NCBI GenBank assembly: GCA_036172245.1
Contig: JAYWIR010000014.1
Span: 4,092,001 to 4,156,000 of the forward strand
DNA: 64,000 nt
From: Raillietiella orientalis
Taxonomy: Eukaryota
Direction: 5' to 3'
Position 1 is the stretch's first letter, and each line of letters opens with the position of its first letter. Both the position numbers and the translations under genes were made by a program. Shown here piece after piece: positions 1 through 14,128 of this stretch. The notes beneath the pieces are model-generated. The model saw only the letters and a list, made by a program, of their open reading frames with translations, was not told where the DNA came from and did no database searches.

Positions 1-522
1 TGATCCGCTTCAGGCGGACTCTACTGAAGCTGGCAGAGTGACATCTCTTTAGGAACAGGGCGTAAAGAACAACCAGCCAAGTGAAGAATCGTGGGAAAGA
101 GCTATTTTGAAGTCTTTTCAGCTGGATATCGAAAGGATCGCGGCGCAGCACGACGAACACTCGCCGGATTCATTTTGCACACCGTGGCTCCGGCTAGGGA
201 GCAGCCTGGACGGGGTGGTCGCCGTGCGGTGGAAGTGGTTGTCGTTTCCCTCTTCCCGAAGGGATGCGCAAGATAGTTTCCTCGTCCCTATGCAAGAGAG
301 GTTTCGTCCTGAAGGCTTTCCGTTACTTCGAAGATTTCCGTGCTACGTGCTTTCTCAGGGAGACGCCATGCTTGGAGGACTCCATCGGCCATTTCGGTAC
401 GTTCGCTTCTACCCGGCCTCTTCGGAAGATGCTGATCCCCTGGGAGAAGTAGCCAGCTTGTAAGTAAGCGATCAGAACGCGAAACGGTCCGACAAGAAGT
501 AACCAGGAGACCACAGTTCCAA

Positions 523-1289
523 CGTCCTTTTTTTGGGGAGGGGAGGGGGGAGACACTGAGTACCCAGGAACCATTCGCCTCTGCAGGGAGTTCACGAAGC
601 TCCTTGACGCCGTCCACACCACCCAAGAGTGCGTGTCACTCTTCAACTCGCCGCTAGCGAGCCACAAACGGGCCGTGGCTGCTGGCGCTTCGATCATTTC
701 TCTTCCTTCCAACTGGCGCGAACGAAGGTAACAGGTCCGTCTTACAATCTTCAAGTTATAGGGGCTACCTCGAAGGGATCACCTCATGAATCCAGGAAGG
801 CTCCGGAGGAAGGAGTCCGAAGGGACGCTTCCGAATTTCTCTGAAGGGCACTGCCCGAAAGGAGCAGCACGCTTCTTGGACACTCTGGTGAGGCAACCAA
901 CCTTCCAAGGGAGGTATCAAACCAGCTCAGATGGTGCGCGAAGGAGGGTTTCATTTTCGCAATCAAAGGGGAACCCCAGAAAGGCTCCTTGATCTCTGAA
1001 AGTACCCCGGGGAGTCGAATTCCAATACCAGTCACTCAAAGGGATATCCAGTTTCCGGCTTCCAACAGTGCCGCACCCGGAACCAGCGTCATTCTGTAAG
1101 GGGTACCTCGGAGGGACCAACTCATGAATCCAGGAAGGCTCCGGAGAAAAGAGTCCACTCTTTCTCACTCTTGGTAGGGCAACTCATGACACACCCATTT
1201 CTCCGTGTCGATCCTCTACGTGGGGATTCGAACCCGCAACGCTTGGCACACCACGCGCGGAGACCGTCGCCACAAGGCCGCCAGCAAGG
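523..1289 (-). mobile_element. tRNA-derived SINE, copy 1
   Basis: Minus-strand B box GGGTTCGAATCCC (1223-1235) and A-box-like GGCCTTGTGG; body shares ATGAATCCAGGAAGG and GAAGGGACGCTTCCG with copies 2 and 3; flanked by GTTCCAA at 516-522 and 1290-1296; A7 near the 3' end. Confidence 0.7.
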
Positions 1290-2549
1290 GTTCCAATTTC
1301 CTTGGAGGGCATCATCTGCACTGACAGGAGTGAATGAGGACGACCCGTTGTTGGTTTATTTATTTATGTAGATATTTCTCTTACTCTTTTATCCTCTTCC
1401 AATTGTGCCCTGCCCACGATGCATCGTTTTTCTCCTCTTCCATGCTGCTGATCTGAGAGTAGTACTCTGTACTGTATGTATAGTATATTACATGTATGCT
1501 AATTTTAAATCTGAACAAAAGTCTCAGAGTGAACCGGTACAAATGAGTGGATTGTATGTATTGCCTATGCAAATACTTCAAGCCACACACAGTCCTGAGA
1601 CGCGACTGCTATCAACCTGCGGCACTGTAGGTCCGGCGGCTGCCGCGCATAGATGGCCGGACTCACTGCGAGTCATCTCCGATGAAGAAGGAGCATCGCT
1701 GCGAAGGTGTGCTGCCAAATGGCCGTCAGATTGCACATCCTGGACGTGACTGAAACTCTGGACGTGGAAGTTGGTGGATGCTGGAAGAATGCCATGGGGG
1801 GAGGGAAGAGAGCAAAAAAAGAGACTCAGTGCGAATGATAAAAATGATAGAAATTCGAGAAAACTTGCGCCGCATCTTCATCTTGTTCTGCTTTCTTCCC
1901 CAGCTAGAAGTGTTTATCCCTCCTTGCCCAGCAAACGGGTGAGTCCAGGAAAGGTAAGCGGAATGCCAGAGCCGCTTGCTGTGAACTTTTTACCGCGGAT
2001 GCTGTCCATGGTTCAGAGGCACGTATCACATCCGGTGAGCATTGCAGCAGCGACTAAAGTGTCAACAGAAGCAAGCAATCACGGGATGCAGACAGCGGTG
2101 ACACCGGGAGTAAGTAGAGGCTCGGAAGGTGTTCGAACGGATATTTCCACCAGGGCTTCCGGATCGGAGGAGAAGGAGCGAGACCTGAAGAGGCAGCAAC
2201 AGAAAAAGAGAAGCAGAAGAGATTCGGAGAGAGGTTGGGAACCGTCATTCAAACAACCACGCCCCAAGTGTTCCGCCGAATGATGCTGAATACTCCTTTG
2301 CCATTAGCCGGAGGAATCTACATTTTCTGCAGAACCGTGTCCCTAAATTGCATCCTGTTTGGAGAAAGGAGCCACGAGCTCTAGGGAAGTTTTTTTTTTT
2401 TTTTTTTTTGAAAGAAAAGAATGCAGGCAGACCTCCTGATGTCGACCACAACGTCGCCGTCATCGGCTCCTTGGTTATGAGACGATGTGGCTGTCGTGTG
2501 GCGAATGCCGCCGCTTCCGCATGTCAGATAAAAACGGAGCTCCTGAAGC

Positions 2550-3440
2550 CTCTGGACGGGAACACTAAGAATGTCTTCTCGTTTGAGAGACTGCTTTCCT
2601 CGGAAGGTGGAAGAGGACGAAAAATGGGGTGGTAAGCGATCTCCTCTACGGAAGGGGAACCCCGATGCGAATAACCAACCTGCATTTTGCGACGACTGGA
2701 TGCTGCAACCCATCTCCGGGGCGCTCTCGGAAGCACAAAACCCACTTTTTAAGAATGTGCTCTTCCTAGAGCCGAGAATCTAATCCTGCCTCGTGTTAAA
2801 GAAACTGTGACCTGGCGAAATTCAGGCTGCGTGGTTACCAGGTGGATACGGTGCCATCTGGGTGGAACTGCATCACCCCGTGAGGAGCTTCTTGCACTGG
2901 GCTAGGAGTTGCTAACCCTTTGAAAACTTCGTCTGCTGTCTGCACTGGAGTTGTTATCTTTAATGATGGACAAGGTCGAGGATGAATCTCTCCACGAAAA
3001 ACCCAAGGCTCAAGGAGAACTTGGAGCTTCGAGCAATCTGAAACTATGTATTCGTGAACTTGCACAGAGGGTTCACCTTCATTGTACTGACTCTTCCAGT
3101 CTCGTCGCGCCCTGCTCCAAGGCCAAGCTTGAGGATTTCGAGTCGCCCATTCTGTACTGGCTTTCTTGATGCGTGACATGGAAACGAGTTCTCTCGGATT
3201 GACGACAAAGAAGGGTGCATTTCCTCCAAGGATATCGACAGGTGAAATTCATGCTGTTTTCTGGAAAAAAAAAAATGTTGGAGATTCTCTTTCTTGATCA
3301 AAGATCAAGAGCACTTAGAGAAAATTTTTTAACAGGAACTCTAGAGAACATGTGCCCGCTCCTCGGAAGGTTTGGAGGAAACTTGCTTTCGTCGGAACTG
3401 CTTGATCAACTTCTTTGCTCTGGCGTCTCCATTTAAGGAA
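2550..3440 (+). pseudogene. NACHT NTPase (NLR-like) remnant
   Basis: Degenerate Walker A TEGEPRCE* near 2648, DDW, FKNVLFLEPR, Walker-B-like VVIFNDGQ near 2950, FIVLTLPVSSR and CPLL, in NACHT order across frameshifts. Confidence 0.4.
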
Positions 3441-4299
3441 TTCTTAGAAAAGGAATAGAGATTAAATTTACTTGAGCTTCGACGCACAGTCTGACAAGAA
3501 GAGACCGGGAAACCACGTTTCCAACTTCCATGGAGGGCACATCAGCACTGACAGGAGCCCATGAGTCCAAACATGGGAAAACTAACTATAGGAGACTATG
3601 GCACTACGGAAACACTGGTTTGGTTACATCTGGGTCAGGTAGCTCAAGGATTCAACGAAAACAGCAATTGATGCGGATTTTCACACTATAATCATACAGC
3701 CATTTTGGAAGAAAAACCCTTTCGCTACACATGCAGCATGGAGTGAGGGGAAAGGCTTTGAGGTGGCAAAGAGAAGCTTCGATTTGCATCGCTTATTGCC
3801 TCTCTCGAGCTGTTGATGAGAAGGCGTCCATTCCTCTGGAAAGAAGAGGAGACAATTAGCAACAGATTCTTCCTCTCTGTTCACATGTATCCATTTTTCT
3901 TGTGAATCCGTGGTTCAGATTTAGATTGTATTCAAATTTGAGATAAGCGATAAACGCCATAAATTATCAAGTATTTTTAGGGATCACATAGTTGTGTTCA
4001 AGGTGTGTGCGCTGTGTCACCGTTATGACTTTCTTGCACTTGCCGTTTAATTCATAGAATGATCCTGCAGAATTGTCGAACCGAAACTGTGGAGAGAAAG
4101 TCATTTTTCTAGTTGAAACTTCGCATACAATTCTAACTGTCGCGTACATCAGAAGATTCCCTGGATAGAATTGGCAGGAATTGAAAGTGGGTCATCTTTC
4201 CCACTAGCACGGAACCTTATCAGCCACCTTTTGATTGGGGGCATCGCAACAAATGAAACCGCTACGGTGAGATCAAAGATCCTAGGATTACTAATAAGC

Positions 4300-5900
4300 C
4301 CACGTGAATTCATAGGACGATGTGGATCACCAATAAGGTACCGCGTGTCACGTGCGTTTCCATCGTGCCTTCCTCTCGAGAGTTAAAACATAGTGTACAA
4401 AGGTGCCACGAGCTTCTGAGGAACCTCTGAAGAACTGCAGCAGCTGAGCTTGCTTGCCTGCTGCGTCCCTGTGCCCGACTCAGGCTTGCATCTCGACGTC
4501 CCATTCTGCTGCCAAAATCGTTTCCTCCTCGGGTCCTGTAGCTCACGTGGCTATCCCAGCTGGACTCGGAATTCCCGGGCAAGGGCCCTCCCGCCACACG
4601 CTACGCTTTCGTTGCTTTCCTGCCCAACGCACCTAGGAGAGCGCGAGTTCCCCTTGAAAGTGCTGGGAGGCTCTGGCGACCTCATCCCGGCCGGAGCGGC
4701 ACCACCCGAGTCTCGAAAAGGGGAAAAAATCCTTCGAGAAACATTCGAGAAGCTTTCACGGAGAGCTGCCACTCGAAGGACGCGAAAGGGGGGGGGGAGC
4801 CGAGCCAAATTTCCTCACGCGGAGTCCCTGAATTCCCAGGAAAGCCCAACGGTTTTCCCGAAAGGAGACAGGAGACGCGTGTCTCCTGTTGTTTGCAAAT
4901 TTCGCCATTTATTGTGACACGACATTTGTCACTGCATGACGTTTATTGCTCTCCGGCAAGCCAGGGATATCCATGATCGAGTAAATCGGTGCAAGGGGCT
5001 CTTCACACACGCGATGATCAGACGCCCAGCACTCCAAGGCATCCTGGAGCCCCACGGGAGTGACAGAGCGGAGCGTGTCGCAAGAGACTCTTTCCGGCCC
5101 TCCACCCGAGGTTCCGTGCAACCATCTCCTCCTCCCCGAGCTCTGTGCCTCGGCGAAAGGAATCACGAGGGGAAGCAACGACAATCACGCGCGCGTCCAG
5201 CATCCCTCGTCCTGGATGCTGCTGCTCGGGGCCCCGCGAGCGCTCACCCTCGTCTCCGTTTCTGCGGCTGCACGCCTTCGCGTGACGGTCGTTAGGAATC
5301 ATCGGAAGAACATGCGCCCAGCTGCACATCATTCCGGTGTTTCCGTGCACGCCTGATCCCGCGTTGCAAACAGCGCAACGTAATTGCAAATTACGGAGCT
5401 CTCCCGGAATCGCGCGGGCAAGGACTCTTTCGAAGGAGGAGGGATCGTCGCGGAAAAGCCGGGCTTCGTTTCCTCCTTCCCCTCCTGCCAGCACGAGAGG
5501 AGGGAGCGGACGAACCCTGCTTCGCGGGAAGCGCTCGTCGGAACTCCACCTTCTTTCAGCTTGGCATCCGATGGCCGCCTCCGGACTTGCCGAGAAGCTC
5601 GCTCAGATCTCCCTCCCCCCTCCTCCCCCGCTGTGGGGGTAGCGCTCGGGAATAACGGATGGTCCCACCCGGCGCTGCAGAACGATGCTTTCGAGTGCCA
5701 AAGCCCCTGCGATGCACTTCGCTGCCTTCCGAACCCAAAGCGTCCTCGGCACGGGAGGCGAGCGAGCAGCTCGTCGGAGAAAACACTTGCATCTGCAGTC
5801 TTCAGGTTTCCAAGCGTCCAGAAACTGTTGGCTGCAAACCGCTGACTGCCATCGATCAAATCGACTTGCATTTTCGAATTGTGCCCCCTCAGCGGGGGCG
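4300..5900 (+). mobile_element. highly decayed L1/Tx1-like RT-to-finger region
   Basis: Ordered degenerate motifs: PLKVLG (KYLG position), FRHLL, SLHDVYCSPASQG (LxxPxxxGG position), AFEC; GC-rich like the other copies. Confidence 0.4.
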
Positions 5901-6339
5901 TCACATACATCACATGTAAGAAGTAAAGGGTAAGGATGGAATCGTTCCCGTGCCAAAGTAGTAATGTTTTTTTTTTTTGTACGCATTGTACTTTGTATTG
6001 CAGATTCTTTTTTTTTTTTTCCGCATCTGGTGTTTTAGCACAGGTTTGTTTCCTCGGCAGTCTATTTGAGGCTCGCGTCCAGTACTTGGATGGGAGACAA
6101 CCTGGGAACCACGGGTGCCGTAGACAAAAGCAATCCCACTCTACTAGTAGTCAATGAGCCACACGAGTGCATCTGTACTTTTCGGAGATTTTTGACTTTT
6201 CATCTGTACTCTTATGCACAGGCACACACTTAAAATAAAACACTTGATGCTCTCAGAGACGGTCATGAGAACCCCTCTTGTTTCTCCGACGACGGCAGCA
6301 CCAGAAGGAATTCACTTAAAGCTCAAATATGACGAAACA

Positions 6340-7030
6340 CTTCCCACTGAAGAATGATGCTCGGCTGCAGCTCCCCGAAGCTTAGCAGCGCTGGCGGCCG
6401 TGTCTCCACAGAGTACGGGAGCGTACGGCGCGCCCGAGGCCAAGCGCTCCGGGTTCAGATGCCCCCGTGGGGGATCGATGCAGAGTTTGGATGCGTCGAG
6501 GGTTTGAAGTCTCCTCATGATGACGCTGAGCATGGTTTGGACTTCGGGTGTGCACTGGAAGATGGGGTATCCTGGAATCCGCTCCACGTGCATTTTGGGT
6601 GAGTGGCAAGGGAAGCTATCCTTGTGATCTTTCATGTAGAGGGGCCGTCGATCCGCTTCGATGTCCTCATGGGGTGAAGTAATGCCACGTGAGCACTTAG
6701 AGAACCAAAAAGAAAAAAAAGCTGGAAGGACGTGGAAAGCAGCAAATAAATCAGGATTCGCATCGTCCTCAGAGGAAAGTGCATTTCCAGAAGGATGCGC
6801 GTAACATATCCTTCTGAAATAGACGCTACGTGCCGTCCGGATCATCGTCTCCTTCCCTTAAAAGAGACCAAAGACCATGGTTATGAGCCAGAAAGTTTCT
6901 CTTGGGCGACGTCATGCCAGGTGACCGTTCAGAACCTCGTGTCTCGACGTGGCCAAAGTCAACCTACCCGATGGCGCAGACAGCATGCCAAAACACTACT
7001 TCGTTGGGATCTTTCTCTCTCTGCCGCGCG
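6340..7030 (+). pseudogene. reelin-repeat-like exon remnants
   Basis: AEFGC...EHGLDFGCALEDGVSWNPLH ending at a gtgagt donor (6599), then YEPESFSW..VTV...SQPTRWRRQ......W; resembles the Asp-box and TRFRWxQ pattern of reelin subrepeats. Confidence 0.35.
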
Positions 7031-10000
7031 CGCCCGGTACAACAGAACTTTTCTAAGCTACCATCTTCCCATGAGCTCCGCGCGACCTTACACTTCGTAT
7101 GGATACAGTCTGAGCAGATCAACTCTGTAGGGCTGCGCTGGCGCATCCCCTCAAATTAGGAACTCGATGCACAGATCTGCGGCAGGGTAGTGCCTTTCCC
7201 AGAATACTGCCTTCTTGGATGACCAATGCTTCATTCGCATTACCTGCAACCTCGGTTTGCGGATATACATCATGGAGAATTTGCTGCGTCATCTGTCAAC
7301 AAAATACACACAAATATCTGCTTGCACTTTTTCTTCAGCTATATTCAATATAATGAATCGAGGGAGACGGGCAGGTCACAGTAGAAGGGCGGAAGGTCTC
7401 TTCAGCTGCTCCTCCTGCTGCTGCTTGACATCCAGCGTGATGAGGGCGGATGAGGCGACTGGCGGTGGCCGCCGCCAAACAAGGTTGCACCTTGATTCTG
7501 CCTCTCCTAGTTCGTCTTTCGGGGGCTCCGACAGGACGGGAGCTCTACGAGAAGTCTCCTCGCCCTGCGTGGAGCTGCTGCTGCTGCGGAGACGTCTCCG
7601 CCCACTCGGCCGAAAGTTCTTCCGTTCTTTTTCGATCTTTCTCAGTGTCATTGCCAGCCCACTTTGCCGACGCCTCGACGTTCGTTTTCTTAGAATTGGT
7701 TTGAGCGTTTGGGCTCGATGCTTTCGGCTTCCATGCAAGCAGTACATGTGCTCCGGGAAGTTACACGCAACCCCAAAGACCTTCTGAAGTTCCAAAGAAA
7801 CATTTTCGATGAAAGCAGTTCAGTTGGCTGGAATTCTTGTTTCTGGAGCGCTCGACATCATCATGTGGATGCTACATCAGACTCTCTACGTACGTTACCT
7901 TGGCAAAATTCATGATTCCGAGCCCTTGGTGACAGTATTGCTATCACCGTGCACTCGAGAAACCATTTATTTTGTCAGTAGGAATGCCGTTGAAGCACTC
8001 GGGAACCAACCTCTTGGTTTGGTGAGAAAAACCTAAAGAAAAGCATTCCTGAAAACTGCAGAGCGAAAAAAAAAATGCGCCCGTGTTCTACATACCCGAC
8101 TCCAGGGTCACCAAAAGCAATGAATGGAATCAAGAAGCATGGGTTCAGGATACAAATGCATAAGAAACGGATCCCATCTTACATTTTTCTGTCGAAAGCA
8201 TGAACAGGAATAGGTCTTTCAAATCCTGGACGATCATTTTGATCATTCTAAAATCAGCAAACCGATTCCACCCGATTCTCCACCGAAGTCTTATAAGACA
8301 ACCAGATATACGTTTCATGAATACATTACCTAGTGTTCATGCGTGGTATCATGGAGCACACGAGACCAAGAATCATCGTCTGGATTCGAATGATGCTGAC
8401 TACTATTTTCTTCTGGAGAATCCTAAACTACCCTTAAGCGATGGCCTTGTTTTTCTTGCTACCATGGAATCCTCCGTCGGATATCCGAATTGTCCAGTAT
8501 CATTCATTACCAATACATTTACGAGCAAACCATAATCACTTTGCCTTCTGAGGTTTGTCTGCATTTTCACTTGACCTAATGGTTCAACATTGGCTGAAGA
8601 TTCCCAGTGTCGGTTTCCAATCAAAGGAAGCCATTTCATTGATGGTCTCGATTCGGATTCCCTCTCGTTCATTTCAAGAATCCGTCCTCGCAAGCCAAAG
8701 GTCTTCCATCCCTGCTACCAAAAATTCCCTCCTTCAGCTCAGTAGGTGATTTTCAAAAACGCTTTCCCTTTAGGAATCTTCAGAGATCCACATGCTCCAA
8801 GTGAACCTGAAAGGACTACCAACAGGAAATCAAGGATGGAGAACTTTTTCGAAAACCGCGAGCGAGTTTCCAAACACCACACTGGATATGGTAGGAAGAA
8901 TGAGAAAATCGATGGAAAATGCACTTTCTCTTGAGGCTTCAGGGAAGCAGAGCATCCTTAAGAAAGTGGGGAGAAAACACTGGATCCGATCCAACTGCCT
9001 GCCAGCCGTTTCTTTCCCTTAAAAAGCGGCAAACCATCGCTTCGATTTGATTCAAAAACCCGCGGCTTGCAGTTTTTTTGGAAATGAACAAAAATGAACT
9101 TTTAGAACTTTTAGTCTTTCCAGCGACTTCGTCGTGCCCTGGAACAGTTGCCCGAAGAGCAGGAAGTCTTTGTTGTTTTAACGTTTTATTTTTCGCGTTT
9201 ATTTTCGCGCTGACGGAGACCTACGCAGCCATCCATGTCTTTTGCGCAACCGAGGAGCGCATTCGCATTCCCTCGCCAGATGGCGCGCATTCAGGGACTG
9301 CAAGCGCATTTTTCTTGCTTCTGTCACACACTGTTCTCACCGCAGAATTTCATCGCGTGAAATAACAAAAGGAGAGATCAGTACAAATCATTGAAACGAA
9401 TGACGAACGGCACTTTTAGTAATGCGATCTCCCAAGAGAGTTGCTATCCAGCAAACTTAGTGGAACAGGAAGAATGGCATCCAAGCAAAGGTGCTGAGCG
9501 TCCTAAAAAGTTCTGCAAGAGAAAAATCTGCGTGGCGGGAGCGCAAGTATGTGAATCACACACACATGTAATAAAATTATTCCCAAGATTGAACCAGGAA
9601 AACCTTTGTAGTCAGCCGGGCTGTGGTTGGCATAGGAAAACGTCCATAAGAGGAACGAAACGCAGCATTTGAAAGAAAAGATAAGCGCAAATCCGAAAAT
9701 TTTATGTGATTTGAACATAAGTAAAGTGCATTTGATGTTGATAATTACTTGAATTTTTGTTGGGTTTAAATATGAAATTATTAGTAAAAAATTTTATGCA
9801 CAGAGGACGAACAAGCACAAGAAAGTTATAGAATCTTTTTAGAAGACACACAATGTTGGCATCAAGAATCCTTACTTTGACAACCAAAAGAACAGAAACG
9901 GAAAGCAGATGAAAACCAAATCCTTCGGTGGAACTGCCGAGATATCAAAAAGCCTCTACAAACATTGAAGGCATGCGGTAGAATGAGAAAAAGTAATGGT

Positions 10001-10398
10001 CCGATGCCACTGAAACCTCGTAGACGCGGGAATCAGCGATGCAACACACATGTCTGGGAAAGGAATTTGCCTTTGTTTTTAGTTTTGCTTCCCTCGTTGG
10101 GTGGATGTTCTATGCTTCTCCCATTTTCTTTTCTCTCAATCTGCGTGTTGTGTGGTGTTTTTCCCGGAATCCACGCTTTCTCGTCCGATCGCACAGGGTT
10201 GTTCTTTCCTCGAACACTTCTTCACAGATTTTGAAGGCTTTGAAGTGTGCTCACTTTTGATGTTCCGAAAATCACAATCCTCGATTCTTCGATTCTCTCC
10301 TTAGTTACTAACGCCGATTCCTTTTTCTTTTTTCTTTTTTTATCACGTCTCACCTAATTCATTATACCTTACTGGTCTTACTGTGCTAATGCGAAGAT

Positions 10399-10420
10399 GT
10401 GTGTGTGTGTGTGTGTGTGT
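10399..10420. repeat. (GT)11 microsatellite
   Basis: Directly visible. Confidence 0.95.
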
Positions 10421-11499
10421 TTTTTTCATCACCTCTTAGCAAGTGTTTTCAAAAACTGAAAAGAGTAATGATAATAAAGCATCAACTTTCAAGAAGGAGC
10501 AGGAATTGAAAGACGGTAAAGCGTGCGTTTTTTCCAGTTTCTTGAAGAATTATGTAAGAAGAGCCTTCACTCCTTACTATGCTGAGCATTGGATACATTG
10601 CAACACAATAGTACGCAAAGGCCAAACTATTTAGTGATGTTCATCAAACTGCTACCGAGCTCTTGAGAAAAGTAATGTATATTAACTATTATTTGAAAAC
10701 AGGCACCAATGCTATCGATTCATACGCTGGGCAAAAGAACTTTTTTTTGCCACAGATGATTAGAATTTCTCAGGTTTTCCATGTAGCACCTTCCCCACCA
10801 TGCAACGAAAACGAATTAGCCTCAAAGAGGCCTTTTGCTTAGGAACACCTTTCTTTCCTCAAAGGATATCCCACCATTTGTAAGAATAGCAGGATAAACC
10901 TAAAAATGTTTATGTACACATAAGGAATCTGTACGCCAACTGCACACGATAAAAAAAATTAAACGTGCAAAAAGAGCTGCCAAGGTAATCTCTTGTTTAT
11001 TAAGAGGAGGTCCACGGATTGCACAGATCGTTGTTTCGGTTCTTAGAAACACAAAAAAAAAACATGAACAACAAATAAATTTAATGAAGAAAGAACCCTG
11101 CACCTAAGGCTTGAAATTTTCTGCTTGAAACCGAGCATTATTTCCGGAAAGTAAATCTGAAAATCAAGATCTTTAAAGCATTCACAGAAAGCAGTATCGT
11201 GTGGATACTGTCCATTATACCACTTCATTTCACCCAGTTACGCCCGAGCTCTCCTTCACTCCAGGATTATACGAGAAAGTTATGCACATGATATGAAATC
11301 TGATTCCAGAATGATGACTTGCCTGGCACAAACCTTTCCCCCCATGTATCTGTTGTGCATGGCAGAGCTGTTTGCAAACTTGGTATTCCAAGCTGGCTGC
11401 AAACACGGATGCAAGGCATCCAGGAGATGTACCAATTCTTTCGCCTATGGCCCCCGGCTCTAGTACAAAGGCAGTCGTTAAGGCTGGCGTCTGGAAAAG

Positions 11500-11980
11500 G
11501 GGGAATACCCATAGAGATCCAGAACGGCCGTAGACGAATGGATGAATGAAAGGCGAGTTTCCGGTGCAAAACCCGTCCTGGCAGTTCTCTTTCCTCCACC
11601 GGCTAATCCACGCGAGCAAACCCAAACCTTTTTGTGGTGCCCGCCTATAAAAAGGCTCCGCCAAGTTCTTTCAAATGGGGAGCTGACGGCCATGTTACGT
11701 GCCGTGACCCAACGGCCAGCCACCAGCGTTAACGATTTCTCCGAACTCGTAATCCAAATAAAGCACGGTGCAACGAAAATCGTTGGAAGGATGTGGATGC
11801 TGGGTGTCGTTTTACAGTGTCCTGAACGAGAGACTTGCAGCCTGCATTGCAGAGAGGCACTCAGATGAAAATGCTGTGAAACCACTGTTGTACATAGTAC
11901 TGAGAAAGTGACGTTTCACCTTAGATGAAGTGTTTATGTAAATGTCTGTACCTGACGACGATCACCGGTCACGGGGTATG
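11500..11980 (+). promoter_or_regulatory. candidate RASSF8 promoter / non-coding first exon
   Basis: CpG-rich patch just before the CpG-poor gene body; TATAAAAA at 11646-11653; GCCATGTT (YY1-like) near 11689; candidate donor GGG|gtatgc at 11976. Inference only. Confidence 0.4.
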
Positions 11981-14128
11981 CCATCGTTTTTGTTTTTTGT
12001 TTTTTTTCTTCCTCCTCTCCCTCCCACCGTAAAACATTAGCAATTAATAATTTGAGCTCGCCCTACCACTTTGGTTTCTTTCAAGTAAACTCCTTTGTAA
12101 ACATTTGTTTCAACCTGTTTGTGTTGTAATGTCATGGTGTTTGGGTGTACTATTTGTTAATTAATTCATGTGTCTGAACAAATGTATCTGTTAAACAGGA
12201 ATGCCGTGCCCATACGTGAATGTTTGTATCCAGATACAGTACAGTTGTGCTTAGTCTTTGTTGAATCAATAGGATTTCTAAGTCATTTCATTCCGAAAAG
12301 GTTTTTTTTTTCAATTCCTTTTGACTGCTGAAGATACCAGTTTTGAAAGTACTTTATTACATTGACTGAACTATGGTTGTTTTCCAAGTTTTGGGGCAAA
12401 CCCTCCAAAAACCACAGCAAGTGGATTATGTATTGCATTTACAGAGGCAAAATTTAGCCTTGAGAAAATTATTTTTTGTGTTTGCAAAATAGCTTAAATC
12501 GCTAGAGTTATTGATTTAAGTAATTAGACTTAACGGATGATAAGTTCTTGCTAAAGTGCTCTAAAATAATCACTATTGCAGTCTGTGCAGAAATATTGAG
12601 TAAGTACAGCAGAGATTATTTATTGACCATGATCAGATTGCAACTAAAATAGTTTTTGTTGAATATTCTATAAAGTGTTGTCGGATTTCGGGTATGTAAT
12701 TTCCCTAGTGAATAAATTATGTGTAGTTCTCTTGCAAAGGAAGCCATTGTGTTTCGATATTTGACTTATACATTGGTATTTACATACATCAAAGCATTCT
12801 ATGAAGATTTTGCAAATTATATCATAAAAGACATACTTTAAGTTTAGACGTTTGAGGTTGTATCAGATTTGAAGTTTTAGTTTACTCTGTTTAATACTCC
12901 AAAATGTACTTTTAGAGATGATCAAACTATTTTAAGGGAAACATCAGTCAAGGTTGCATATTTTTCTTGATAGTTCATTATTAGTTCATTACAAAGTGGT
13001 GTATGTAAAAGTAGACCAAGTGAAGTTCTTGATGATCCCCACTTCACTGGTCTCTCATGGTAAGTTTGTTAAGGAGTACATTTTAACCAGTCAGTAGAAA
13101 ATCGAATGTACGCATTTGTTGATTTGAAGAAAATTCCAGATTTCCTGATAGACAGGTTGTTTGGTTTTCCTTTCTTCCAAAAACTCTGTGCATCAGTTTG
13201 TTTTCATTAGCACCCATCATTACCCATCAGAGTTTCTTTGAAATGTTCAAGCATTCTGTCAAACTTACTCATCATATTAAGTTTTATTCGAAAAATGAAC
13301 GTGCAGCTCATTTTTTGAAAACAAAACAATTTTGAAATTTGTAGTTTATTTAGCAATTTATTGTCATGTGCACAATGAACTAGCTATCTAAGTGGAAGAA
13401 TGAATGCTCTGGATATATCTCATTGGAAATTTGTAATGGTGGCAACACAAGACAAAGGATATGGTAGGATGTGAAAAAGATTGCAATCATAAGTTAGAAT
13501 CTAGAATTTATGATTCACAGAAAATCACCATTCAATTATTTTAAACCACATGTATAAATAGGTGTCTTACAGCATTACTTCAACTATTTGGTAGTCTTTA
13601 GATAGGTGCTTCAAGTAAATTTTATTCATGTTTAAAGGTTTAATATTTTTGGCTGTTATCAAAGTAATTTAGTGCTTTTCTCCAGATTTCCTATTGCATT
13701 TGTAATTTATACATAATTAAGTAACATATGCTTGGGATCTTTGTTTCTGAACAATTATTGTTGGTGCAAGCATTCTGCATTCCTAAACATCATGGTTTGA
13801 TAATTCTGTATGAGGTTGATTTTATAAACTAAGCTTTGTCTTAACTGGATGTTCAGGGAAAGAATTTTCTTCAAATCAGTTTGGGAACTTTTTCTCTAAA
13901 TTATTGTTAATGTACATCCTTACTACAGCTTATGTTGCGCTTAGCAGGCACATGTTGAGTGCTAAATGATTTAGCATTACACACATGTACCTGCTAAACA
14001 GGAAAATTCAGCGAATTATTGTTCAGCAATATCAAAGTGGTTAATTCATGCTGTTTCACTGTTTTTGTAGCAGCCTACCATTTCAATCAGATAACAAGAG
14101 AAATGAAGCAATTTTCAAGCAATTATCA

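Noticed and set aside
6312..6845. Minus ORF with OAR-like DTAASAAKLRGAAAEH
   Set aside because: Short low-complexity resemblance, no homeobox nearby, and the + strand has a competing interpretation.
7800..8930. Fucosyltransferase (GT10)-like remnant
   Set aside because: Only loose ADYYF/MES text; the diagnostic motif is absent.
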